Assembly: GCA_964575605.1 (NCBI GenBank)
Contig: CAZNRN010000012.1
Coordinates: forward strand, 2,933 to 66,932
Length of the DNA stretch: 64,000 nucleotides
From: an uncultured Micavibrio sp.
GTDB taxonomy: Bacteria; Pseudomonadota; Alphaproteobacteria; Micavibrionales; UBA2020
Direction: 5' to 3'
The notes under the pieces are model-generated. The model searched no databases. It was not told the origin of the DNA and saw only the letters and a program-made list of their open reading frames with translations. Both the position numbers and the translations under genes were made by a program. Numbering within the stretch: the stretch's first letter is position 1; each line of letters opens with the position of its first letter. Positions 17,783 through 26,241 of the stretch are shown piece by piece.

Positions 17783-18820
17783 ATGCTGCCGCTGATTGCC
17801 GAACCAGACGCACGCGAAAAAAAACCCGAACCCTCCGACTTGCCGCCGGCTATCCAGCGCCAGATCGAAAAGCTTGTCGGCGCCAAGGTAACGGGCTCAG
17901 TTGCTGCCTTCGGCGGATTGTCAGTATCTGCGGGCTTTATCTTCACTTTTGACAACGGTCAAAAAATTTTCGCCAAGGGAGCCCACCCGGGCGACACGGC
18001 GCATGGCACCAAGAACCTCGGGCAAGAGGTGATGGTTTACGAGAGCCTCCCTGTGCTATCGCAAATATCCCCGCCCTATCTCGGGATTGTATCGGATGGC
18101 GAGGAAGACGGCTGGATGCTCGGTCTTTGGCGTTGTATCGATCATGACCCCAAACTGGCGACGCCAGCGCGTGTCTATGAGTCGCTGAAATCCTGGCAGC
18201 GCCATACTCCTGCGAAAGATATCCTGCCGCACGCGCGCGAGCACAATTACATTTCCCAGTTCCTCACACCCGAAAAAAAGTGGATACGTTTACGCAACGA
18301 CCAGCTGGCAAAACAGAAATTCGTATCGATGTTCGTTGATGCCAAGGAAGGACTTGCATGGTTCGACAAGCATGTGCCTTCCATCTGCCAGTATCAGGCG
18401 CGTATCGACAAGCTCAAAGGCGAAGAAGGTCTGATGCACGGCGACCTGCGCCTTGATAATTTTTTGTTTGGCCCCGACCGCACATATGTTGTCGACTGGC
18501 CTAATTCCTGCTGGGGGCCGCTGGTTTTTGATCTATCGTTCCTGTTTTCGAACATGGAGGCCTTGGGTTTTGGCTCGGCTGAAGACCATTTCCTTGCTTA
18601 TGCCATGGCGGGTGGCGTTGAAATCCCTCCTGATGATTATGTTGCGATGATGGCCGCCCTGTCGGGCCATTTTGCCGATCAGGCCTATCGCGAGGTGCCA
18701 GACAAGATGCCCCGTCTCCGCTGGATGCAGAAGTCGATGTTGCTTGCACAACTTAAGTTCTTGGCACGATTAGGGATAATCGAATCGCCGCCCCTTATGC
18801 AGGGGCAAAATCAACAATAA
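17783..18820 (+). CDS. APH/choline-kinase-like phosphotransferase (protein-kinase-like fold)
   Basis: ATG at 17783, 4 nt after the upstream stop. Catalytic loop HGDLRLDN (18437..18460), followed by VVDWPNS (the metal-binding Asp) and an upstream IFAKG Lys. The ORF-track start at 17597 overlaps the upstream gene and is rejected. Confidence 0.75.
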   Translation: MLPLIAEPDAREKKPEPSDLPPAIQRQIEKLVGAKVTGSVAAFGGLSVSAGFIFTFDNGQKIFAKGAHPGDTAHGTKNLGQEVMVYESLPVLSQISPPYLGIVSDGEEDGWMLGLWRCIDHDPKLATPARVYESLKSWQRHTPAKDILPHAREHNYISQFLTPEKKWIRLRNDQLAKQKFVSMFVDAKEGLAWFDKHVPSICQYQARIDKLKGEEGLMHGDLRLDNFLFGPDRTYVVDWPNSCWGPLVFDLSFLFSNMEALGFGSAEDHFLAYAMAGGVEIPPDDYVAMMAALSGHFADQAYREVPDKMPRLRWMQKSMLLAQLKFLARLGIIESPPLMQGQNQQ

Positions 18821-19092
18821 TCGGTCCTAAAAGTCCGATTTTCAGCTAGATTATTGTTTTCCTGTGGTTATTTTGCTCTGAAAACCACATTTTAGTTTAC
18901 GTAATCTAATAATATTCCTGCTTTTCTTATTTGGAAAAGGGGTTGTTAACCATCTTGGCCGCATGATGGTGGTGAAGAGGGAAATAGCTGCCTGCTTGCA
19001 GGGGCTGGAAAAGTGAAGAGTTCCGGCTTCTGGCCTTAAGGACCCCCAAGGGTCGGCAGGGCAAAAAAGAAACGAAAAAAACAGGGTGTGAA

Positions 19093-20124
19093 ATGGCTAA
19101 GGACATCGACTTCGATAGCGAGTCCCAAATTAAGAAGCCCGATACGCGGGGCTTTAAAAATACCTCGCGCCGCCTGCGCGAAGGCCAGCAAAAGCCGCTC
19201 AGCCACCGAGCGAGCCTTGACTGGCGCCTGGACCAGCGCACCGTGTGCGATAAGAATGGTCATAGCGCCGAAATCGTTCCCATCGCCGAGCTGAAAGAAA
19301 CTCTGTTGAAGAGCCGCACTGCCGAAGCGCTGTTCGAACAGGCCGGCAACCTCGAGATTGTTTACGACATGCAAAGCGCATCTTCGCAATATTATTGCCG
19401 CGAAGGCTGGCGCGTGATCACGTTGAACCCGCTGCGTCCGAAAGGCGACCTCATCAACCTGCTCGCGAAAGAACTTCGCCGCGACTGGCAATATTGCCAT
19501 GGCGCGCTGGTCAACCCGCTGGGCTACGAACCCGACGAAGCGATCCTTGTCAACCGCGCGCAAAGCGCCGATGTGCTGATGATCGCTGTCAAAATCGCCT
19601 GGGAACTGAAACTGGCCGGCGAAAACGAAGCCTGGGATTTTCTCGCGGCCACGCCGTCGGGAGATGTCACCCGCACTTACGAGCTGAAGGCGCAGGCAGA
19701 TTTCCGCACCCTGAACAACGGTGAAGCGGCGCGCGCGGCCTACGACAAGTTTTTCGAAGACAGCCGTACGAAACTGCATGACAAGCGCCTGATCCATCAG
19801 ATGCTGCTGGATGAAAGCGGCTATATGAAGGCAGGCTCGAAGCGCCCGAAGGTGACCATGGAGCTGTTCCAGCGCCTGGGCGAAGTCCCCGGCGGCCGCA
19901 ATTACCTGTCGATGCAGGCAAAACATGTACCGACCGACATGTGCTACGCAACCGTGGAAGACCGCTCTAACGCGAACTTCCTCTGGTTCATCAAGTTCGA
20001 ACGCAGCTTCCAGGAAAAGGAACTGCAGATGGTTAAAGAATCCGTGAAGCTGTCTGCCGAGGTCGTCGACTTCCGCAAATACTCCACGGGCAAGCGCGCC
20101 CGGCCGTCAGAGCTGGGCCAATAA
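19093..20124 (+). CDS. hypothetical protein, family member P1 with degenerate metal motif (KELRR ... SAD)
   Basis: 343 aa. Aligns by eye along its full length with 20176..21066, 31304..32188 and 53262..54350. KELRR at 19468..19482 sits where the paralogs have HELRH. Shares GGRNYLS with P2. Confidence 0.75.
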   Translation: MAKDIDFDSESQIKKPDTRGFKNTSRRLREGQQKPLSHRASLDWRLDQRTVCDKNGHSAEIVPIAELKETLLKSRTAEALFEQAGNLEIVYDMQSASSQYYCREGWRVITLNPLRPKGDLINLLAKELRRDWQYCHGALVNPLGYEPDEAILVNRAQSADVLMIAVKIAWELKLAGENEAWDFLAATPSGDVTRTYELKAQADFRTLNNGEAARAAYDKFFEDSRTKLHDKRLIHQMLLDESGYMKAGSKRPKVTMELFQRLGEVPGGRNYLSMQAKHVPTDMCYATVEDRSNANFLWFIKFERSFQEKELQMVKESVKLSAEVVDFRKYSTGKRARPSELGQ

Positions 20125-20175
20125 TTTCCGCTGTTCCGCCTCCCGCGGGATTGCCCGGATTTCGGAGGACTAGGA

Positions 20176-21066
20176 ATGCTGGAGCCGTTCTGCGACCGGC
20201 GCATAAAATTCTCCCTCGAGTCGTTGCTGGATCGCGACGCCTATATCGTCCCTGCTGAAAAACGCGCTTCGGCTTTTGCGGGCTATGTCCGAAGCCTTGC
20301 CGCCATAACGTCGCAAAGCTCGCTGGGAAGCGCCTTGTTGCGCGCAGCTGTGCTCCAGGGTGTATCTGTCGGGCTTGACCCCTTGCTTGAGCCCAATTCA
20401 AGTTATTTCTATCCGCAGCAAAACCATTTTGACTTAGGCTTTCAGCCCGACCTGCTGCAAAAGAGCGAAAAAGGCGTCAGCCAGTACCTCGTTTCTTTTG
20501 TCGGCGGTTTGCGCCGTGCGTGGCTTTTGCACAAGGGCCATGCGCCGGATGTTTCGCTTCGTCCCGACGACTTCTTGAAATTCTGCCGCTGTGCGGAAGC
20601 GGATGCAGGAGCTGTAACTCAGCTGGTCGCCTGGGAATTGCGCTCGGCGAATGCCGGTTTCATGTGGCGGCATTTGCTGTCAGGCCCGGACGGGGATATG
20701 TCGGTTATATTTGAACGCGCCATCATGGAAGGGCTGCAGAGCCAGTTTGACGGACTGGCGTTGAAGGCCGCTTTCAACCAATGGTTCGCTGACCGTGAAA
20801 GGATTGCGCTTTGTGATCACACGGCGCTTGAACTTATCGATATGTCGTTGATGCAGTTTGGCGGTCCGCCGCATGTCGGGGTCCGCAGCTTGAAACTCTC
20901 ATCCCTGCAGTCACTGGGTTCGTTGCCCAACGGACGCAACTATTTGTCCGGCTGCCTCTTCATGGGCGGCTGGTATAATATGATTGAGGACGAGTTTAAT
21001 CGTACGCATCTACGCCACATAGAACGGGATATTGCGCAACTTATTGAAAAACAACATAATATTTAA
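20176..21066 (+). CDS. hypothetical protein, family member P2 with degenerate metal motif (GGLRR ... EAD)
   Basis: 296 aa with a GGAGGA ribosome-binding site. GGLRR at 20503..20517. Shares AWEL, NGRNYLS and the C-terminal helix with P1. Confidence 0.75.
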   Translation: MLEPFCDRRIKFSLESLLDRDAYIVPAEKRASAFAGYVRSLAAITSQSSLGSALLRAAVLQGVSVGLDPLLEPNSSYFYPQQNHFDLGFQPDLLQKSEKGVSQYLVSFVGGLRRAWLLHKGHAPDVSLRPDDFLKFCRCAEADAGAVTQLVAWELRSANAGFMWRHLLSGPDGDMSVIFERAIMEGLQSQFDGLALKAAFNQWFADRERIALCDHTALELIDMSLMQFGGPPHVGVRSLKLSSLQSLGSLPNGRNYLSGCLFMGGWYNMIEDEFNRTHLRHIERDIAQLIEKQHNI

Positions 21067-21098
21067 GCGCTATCCTGGCATCTTTAAAATCATAATAT

Positions 21099-21132
21099 TT
21101 GACATAATCTAAGAATCGCGATATCTTCTTAG
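21099..21132 (+). promoter_or_regulatory. sigma70-like promoter (TTGACA-17-TATCTT) overlapped by a 24-bp inverted repeat
   Basis: TTGACA at 21099..21104 and TATCTT at 21122..21127, 17 bp apart. Inverted repeat CTAAGAA(N10)TTCTTAG at 21109..21132. Confidence 0.4.
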
Positions 21133-21172
21133 CCGAAACACGTTATAAAATTTTGGCATAGAGGAATTCATC

Positions 21173-21376
21173 ATGGCTGAAGTCGCATCCGGACCCCAAA
21201 ACGAAATTTTCGCGCCTGCAAAAGCGTCGCTGTGCAAGCAGGCATTCCAATGGGCGGGCGCTGCCGCCTCCGTCATCTGTGCGGAGCCGCCGCAGCAAGG
21301 CTTTGAAGCCGCCGGAAATGCTTACGACTATGTTGCAACGAAAGCTAAATTGGCGCTGAACCCGCCGAAGCGCTAA
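21173..21376 (+). CDS. possible small protein (67 aa)
   Basis: AGAGGA ribosome-binding site 7 nt upstream of the ATG, a promoter-like element upstream, and codon usage resembling its neighbours. No homology recognised. Confidence 0.4.
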   Translation: MAEVASGPQNEIFAPAKASLCKQAFQWAGAAASVICAEPPQQGFEAAGNAYDYVATKAKLALNPPKR

Positions 21377-21377
21377 A

Positions 21378-22151
21378 TCAGAAACCTTGAAGGTCGAGGA
21401 GGTGGGCTTCACCGCGCTTGGTGAGCCACTCCTTGGCCATCATGAGCGCGCGGTCTTTTTCACGGCGCGTCAGGTTTGAATAAACGTTATCACGGTCCGC
21501 CTCTGCGCGGACCTTTTCGTTTCCTTCAGGATAGTAAACGATCGCAAGGTGCAGCCACATCAGCGCGACGATCGCGTCCGAAGGCACCCCTTCGCCAAGG
21601 TAGTACATGACGCCTACGTGGTGCTGTGCCAGCGGGCGGCCGGACTCTGCAGCCTTGAGCAGGAAAGTCATCGCCTTTGCAGGGTCTTTCGGTACGCCCT
21701 GGCCTTGACGGTACATGATGCCCATGATCTCTTGCGCGCCCGGGTGGCCGCCATCGGCCAGCATCTTCATGCTTTTCGCGATGACGTCATATTTTTTCTG
21801 CTGATAGTATTTCATCAGCATTTCGTAGTTCAGCTTTCCTTTGCCTTCGCGAATTGCGCTTTCGGCTGTAGCTTCGTCAGGAGCGGCCTCGGCGGGATCC
21901 AGCACGGGTATAAGAAGGCCCGTCCTGAGGTTGTTGTATTCTTCAACGGGCGGCGGCTTATCCGGATTTTTCTCGACGTAGATTTCAGTGCTGTCTGAAT
22001 TGAAAGTGTTGAACTCGTCACCGTCCGTGCCACCGGTGGCCTTAGTTCCGGCACGCTCGTCGAGAGGGTTATCCTCGGCTGCCTTGATAGTGATGGGCTG
22101 AAATGCGAGCCCGGCGATGACAGCAGCGGCAAGAATTGAACGCAAACGCAT
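21378..22151 (-). CDS. secreted Sel1-repeat (SLR) protein
   Basis: Signal peptide MRLRSILAAAVIAGLAFQPITIKA. Repeats of the GxxxAQxxLGxMYxxGxGVPxD type. Confidence 0.85.
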   Translation of the reverse strand: MRLRSILAAAVIAGLAFQPITIKAAEDNPLDERAGTKATGGTDGDEFNTFNSDSTEIYVEKNPDKPPPVEEYNNLRTGLLIPVLDPAEAAPDEATAESAIREGKGKLNYEMLMKYYQQKKYDVIAKSMKMLADGGHPGAQEIMGIMYRQGQGVPKDPAKAMTFLLKAAESGRPLAQHHVGVMYYLGEGVPSDAIVALMWLHLAIVYYPEGNEKVRAEADRDNVYSNLTRREKDRALMMAKEWLTKRGEAHLLDLQGF

Positions 22152-22240
22152 GGATAACCCCCAGTAACTGCCGGCAAGATGAACGGCCGGCCCCTAGCTA
22201 TCTATTATAGACCTGTTCCTTCAAAAAACCAAAACCGGCC

Positions 22241-23149
22241 CTATTTGCGAAATACGAGTGTCCGCCAATTTCCCACAGGAATAGTCTTCATATGCTTAAG
22301 CCCCTGTTTTACATGGGCGAAGGAAACAAGTTCTTCCTGCCTTGCCAGAAGGCCTGAGAGGACGCAGATACCGTCTTTTTTCAATGCCTTTTGCAACAGG
22401 GGCGCCATATCGACTAAGGGCCCGGCGAGAATATTGGCGCAGATGAGATCATATGGCGCCCCTTCCTTGCAAAGCTTTGTCCTGTAACCGTCGCCGGCGG
22501 CCGCCGATAGTTTGACGCCATTCATCTTTGCATGCCGCTTGCTGACCACAATGCATTCCGGATCGATGTCGATGGCGGTTATTTTCGCCTTGTCCCACAG
22601 CTTCTTCGCTCCTATGGCGAGGATGCCAGAGCCACAGCCCATATCCAGCACGTTTTTAAAGGCCCGCTTTTCTTTCGCCAGCCATTCTAGCGCCATCAGG
22701 CAGCCTTTGGTAGTTTCATGCTCGCCAGAGCCGAAAGCCGTTGCAGCGTCGATTTGCAAAGGAATAAGTCCTTTGGGCGGCGACTTTTTAAAGTGTGAGC
22801 CATGCACGAAAAACCGTTTCGTCTTTACAGGCGGGAAGTTGTCGTGGACATGGCGTAGCCAGTCTTTCTGGGGCATCTTTTCCGCGCGGACCATAGCCTT
22901 GCCCCTCACCACGGTTTTGACACGCGCCAAGATTGCGTCTTTGTCGGGTGCCCCGCGCGTTGTCAGCGTGACTGTCCAGTTGTCCCCATCCTCCGCTTCC
23001 TTGTTATGGAGAAAGACAGCAGCCGCAAGGTCTTCGACGGCGTCGGAGACGGCCTGTGCGGTCATGCCATCCAGTTTTTTGGCAAAACCGAGGCTTACAC
23101 GATGCAGGACGGGCGCCTTTGCGGCGGGCTTATTCTTCGGAGCGGGCAT
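22241..23149 (-). CDS. prmA: ribosomal protein L11 methyltransferase
   Basis: PrmA layout with the SAM motif VLDMGCGSGILAI and FGSGEHETT. Confidence 0.85.
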   Translation of the reverse strand: MPAPKNKPAAKAPVLHRVSLGFAKKLDGMTAQAVSDAVEDLAAAVFLHNKEAEDGDNWTVTLTTRGAPDKDAILARVKTVVRGKAMVRAEKMPQKDWLRHVHDNFPPVKTKRFFVHGSHFKKSPPKGLIPLQIDAATAFGSGEHETTKGCLMALEWLAKEKRAFKNVLDMGCGSGILAIGAKKLWDKAKITAIDIDPECIVVSKRHAKMNGVKLSAAAGDGYRTKLCKEGAPYDLICANILAGPLVDMAPLLQKALKKDGICVLSGLLARQEELVSFAHVKQGLKHMKTIPVGNWRTLVFRK

Positions 23150-23278
23150 GACAGATACTATGGATAAGGGTTGTAAAACAAGCGCTTGGGGTGATCATTC
23201 TTGATATGCCGGCTTTTGTCCACCATATTGTTATACAGTCATTTTTCGGATTGGCATTTCTCCAGACAGGGCATCGCT

Positions 23279-24421
23279 ATGGAACATGAAGCCGTCATTT
23301 GCGGATACGTCCGCACCCCCTTCCACTTCGCCGGCAAGGGCGACCTTGCCTCGGTCCGTCCCGATGACCTTGCCGCGGTCGCCGTGCTCGGCCTGCTCAA
23401 GCAGACCAGTGTGGATGAAAAGGAAATCGAAGATCTTATTCTCGGTTGCGCTTTCCCGGAGGGCGAGCAGGGTTTCAACCTGGCGCGCCTTGTCGTGAAT
23501 ATCGCCAAGCTGCCGCTGTCGATTGCTGGTGTAACCGTCAACCGTTTCTGCGGATCATCCATGCAGGCGATCCATCAGGCCGTCGGTGCTATCAAAACCG
23601 GCACCGGCAAAGTATTTATTTGTGGCGGTGTCGAGAGCATGTCGCGCATCCCGATGGGCGGCTTCAATCCCCTGCCCAACCCGCAGCTGGTGGCCGATTA
23701 TCCGCAGGCCTATATCGCCATGGGCGAGACGGCCGAGAACCTGGCCAACAAATTCAAGATCAGCCGCGCCGAGCAGGAAAAGTACGCGCTGCTGTCGCAG
23801 CAGAAAGCGACCCTTGCGCGCGCCGGTGGCCGTCTGACGCCTGAACTGGTCTCTGTTACGACGCCGGATGGCAAGGTTGTGACCGAAGACGGCTGCATCC
23901 GTCCTGAAACGACCGCGCAGGGCCTTGCGGAACTGAAACTGGCTTTTGATGCAAATGGTTCTGTGACTGCGGGCACTTCGTCGCCCTTGACAGATGGCGC
24001 TTCGGCGACGCTGGTCACGTCGATGGAGTACGCCAAGGCTCATGGATTGAAAATCCTTGCTAAAATAAAATCGATGGGGGTTGCAGGCTGCGCGCCTGAA
24101 ATCATGGGTTACGGCCCCGTCCCCGCATGCCAGAAGGCGCTGGAGCGCGCGGGCCTTAAAATCGGGGATATCGATATCTTCGAGTTCAACGAGGCTTTTG
24201 CCGTGCAGTCGATGACCGTCTGCCGCGAACTGGGCGTCGATGAAAGCAAGCTGAACCTGGACGGTGGGGCAATTGCCCTTGGCCATCCGCTTGGCGCATC
24301 AGGTGCACGTATTACCGGCAAGGCCGCAATGCTGCTCCAACGCGAGAAAAAACAGTTGGCGCTGACCACCATGTGCATTGGCGGCGGCCAGGGCATCGCC
24401 ACGGTTCTGGAAGCCGCCTGA
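23279..24421 (+). CDS. acetyl-CoA C-acyltransferase (3-ketoacyl-CoA thiolase, FadA-like)
   Basis: VNRFCGSSMQA active-site Cys, NLDGGAIALGHPLGASG, CIGGGQG. Start at MEHEAVICGY (23279). Confidence 0.88.
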   Translation: MEHEAVICGYVRTPFHFAGKGDLASVRPDDLAAVAVLGLLKQTSVDEKEIEDLILGCAFPEGEQGFNLARLVVNIAKLPLSIAGVTVNRFCGSSMQAIHQAVGAIKTGTGKVFICGGVESMSRIPMGGFNPLPNPQLVADYPQAYIAMGETAENLANKFKISRAEQEKYALLSQQKATLARAGGRLTPELVSVTTPDGKVVTEDGCIRPETTAQGLAELKLAFDANGSVTAGTSSPLTDGASATLVTSMEYAKAHGLKILAKIKSMGVAGCAPEIMGYGPVPACQKALERAGLKIGDIDIFEFNEAFAVQSMTVCRELGVDESKLNLDGGAIALGHPLGASGARITGKAAMLLQREKKQLALTTMCIGGGQGIATVLEAA

Positions 24422-25446
24422 TGCTGACGGAGGCTATCCGCCGCATTCCTAAAGTCGACCTGCACGTCCATCTGGAGGGTACAATTTCCCCGCAGATTGT
24501 CGCGCGCATGGCGGAGCGCAACCGGCTTCCCGTGCCGCAGGGGCTGACAGCGCCTGATGGTCTCAGCATTCACTGGCAGCCGCAAACTACACCGCAAGAT
24601 AACCTGCTGTCTTTCCTCAAGGCCTATGACGAAGCGACGAAGGTAATGAAGACGGCCGCGGATTATATCGACCTTACTCATGATTACCTGCAGCGCTCCG
24701 CCGCCGAGGGTTGCATATACGCGGAACTGACGATTTCGGTTGAACATGGCGAAATGGTCGGGCTGCAGTATCCCGACATGCTGGCTGCCATCACCGAAGG
24801 ATACGAGCGTGCGAAAAAAGAAACCGGCATCGAGGCGCGCCTTATTTCAAGCTGCGTGCGTCATTACGGGCCCAAGTCGGCGTTGCGCGTCGCTGAAGTA
24901 ACCCGGGATAATCCCCACCCGCTCGTTACCGGCTTCGGCATGGCGGGAGATGAAAACGCCTATACGGTCGCGGACTTCAAACCGGCATTCGAGATATGCA
25001 GCCATCTTGGCCGCACGGCGCATGCCGGCGAGGCCTCAGGGCCTGAAACGGTACGGCAAGCGCGAGATATTTTGAAGCTGCGCCGCTTCGGACATATGGT
25101 GCGCGCTATTGAGGACGCCGAATTGATGCAGGAACAGGTAGCCATCAAGGCGGTGCCCGAAGTCTGCGTTGGCAGCAATCTTGCGCTGAAGGTTTATCCG
25201 GATTACAAAGCGCATCCGCTGCGCCGGTTTTTCGATGCGGGATTAAAAGTGACGCTGGGATCCGATGACCCGACCTTTTTTGGCACGTCAATTGGCCGCG
25301 AGTATCAGAACGCCCATGACAAGGCGGGCTTCACCGAAACGGAACTCGCAAAAATTTCGCAGAACGCGATAGAAGAGGCCTTCGTTGACGAGACAACACG
25401 CAGCAGGCTGTTGGATAAGATTTCAGCGTTCAAGACTGCCGCCTGA
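24421..25446 (+). CDS. add: adenosine deaminase
   Basis: IPKVDLHVHLEG, HAGE and TLGSDDP motifs. The ATG shares one nt with the thiolase TGA (TGATG). Confidence 0.88.
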   Translation: MLTEAIRRIPKVDLHVHLEGTISPQIVARMAERNRLPVPQGLTAPDGLSIHWQPQTTPQDNLLSFLKAYDEATKVMKTAADYIDLTHDYLQRSAAEGCIYAELTISVEHGEMVGLQYPDMLAAITEGYERAKKETGIEARLISSCVRHYGPKSALRVAEVTRDNPHPLVTGFGMAGDENAYTVADFKPAFEICSHLGRTAHAGEASGPETVRQARDILKLRRFGHMVRAIEDAELMQEQVAIKAVPEVCVGSNLALKVYPDYKAHPLRRFFDAGLKVTLGSDDPTFFGTSIGREYQNAHDKAGFTETELAKISQNAIEEAFVDETTRSRLLDKISAFKTAA

Positions 25447-25566
25447 GTTTTCTGCCCAGCTTTTCATAAGGGCACAAACGGCCGATATTATTTGACAGTT
25501 TTTCCTTTTATGCCTCATGATGCGCGCATCAGACAAAAATAACAGGCACATCACGGAGGTACTTCG

Positions 25567-26031
25567 ATGAAGGCTTCTACCAAAGTTGCGGCAGGCGCGG
25601 GCGCGCTGGCAGCAGGTATCGGTATTGCTTGCGCATTTCTTTGCCCGCTCGCGGGTCTTGCGGCTGGTGCTTACTTCACTTACGGCGCAGTTGCTGCGAC
25701 CATGGGCACGGCGGCAACCGTCGCATTGACGGCAGCTGGCGCAGTTGGCGGCATGCTGGTCGGCCGCATTGCAGCGCCAATAGTGGCGATTGCCAGTATC
25801 GGCCTAGGCGCTGCTGTGGGCCTGGGTGTCAAAGCGATCGGTTCGGGCATCGAAAAAATCCGTGGCGAAAAAACTGGTGCGCCTGCACAGAAATTCATGT
25901 CGCTTGAAACAACCTCGTTCAATCTGGTCTCTACCCTGAAATCTGCTTTCAGCAGGGCACAGCAGCCGAAGGCTGAAATCACAAAGCCTGTCCCGCGGTT
26001 GGAAATGGTGCCCAAGACGCCCAGCCTCTAA
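25567..26031 (+). CDS. Gly/Ala-rich small membrane protein (154 aa)
   Basis: GGAGG ribosome-binding site. The N-terminal ~100 aa are almost entirely G/A/V/I/L/T (2-3 predicted helices) and the tail is hydrophilic. A strong terminator follows. Confidence 0.7.
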   Translation: MKASTKVAAGAGALAAGIGIACAFLCPLAGLAAGAYFTYGAVAATMGTAATVALTAAGAVGGMLVGRIAAPIVAIASIGLGAAVGLGVKAIGSGIEKIRGEKTGAPAQKFMSLETTSFNLVSTLKSAFSRAQQPKAEITKPVPRLEMVPKTPSL

Positions 26032-26056
26032 CGACTAAGAATAGTATAGGAATAGC

Positions 26057-26088
26057 GAAAACCGCGCCTTGCAACGGCGCGGTTTTTT
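26057..26088. terminator. bidirectional rho-independent terminator
   Basis: AAAA-CCGCGCC-TTGCAAC-GGCGCGG-TTTTTT, a 7-bp GC stem flanked by an A-run and a T-run, lying between convergent genes. Confidence 0.75.
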
Positions 26089-26241
26089 GTTGACATTGTC
26101 AGCTTTAATGGCGATGTATTGGAAAGCCGAAATTGCCTTCTGGCATACGGTGCCTCGTTTTCCCAATGAATCTCAAGGTAATAAAATTTCAGGCGCCCTA
26201 TATGTGGGTGTTTTCCAATACACGTGGATTAATCGGGAGGG

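Noticed and set aside
19036-19926. 296-aa minus-strand ORF overlapping P1
   Set aside because: P1 has paralogs in the same frame and strand elsewhere in the window, which validates the plus-strand reading. The antisense product is low-complexity.
23555-24747. 243-aa and 212-aa minus-strand ORFs across the thiolase/add genes; similar cases at 34174..35040 (leuS), 51175..51906 (dxs), 55366..56217 (ivd) and 40299..41045 (porin B)
   Set aside because: All lie antisense to, or out of frame with, genes that have unmistakable family motifs. None has an independent ribosome-binding site or recognisable domain.
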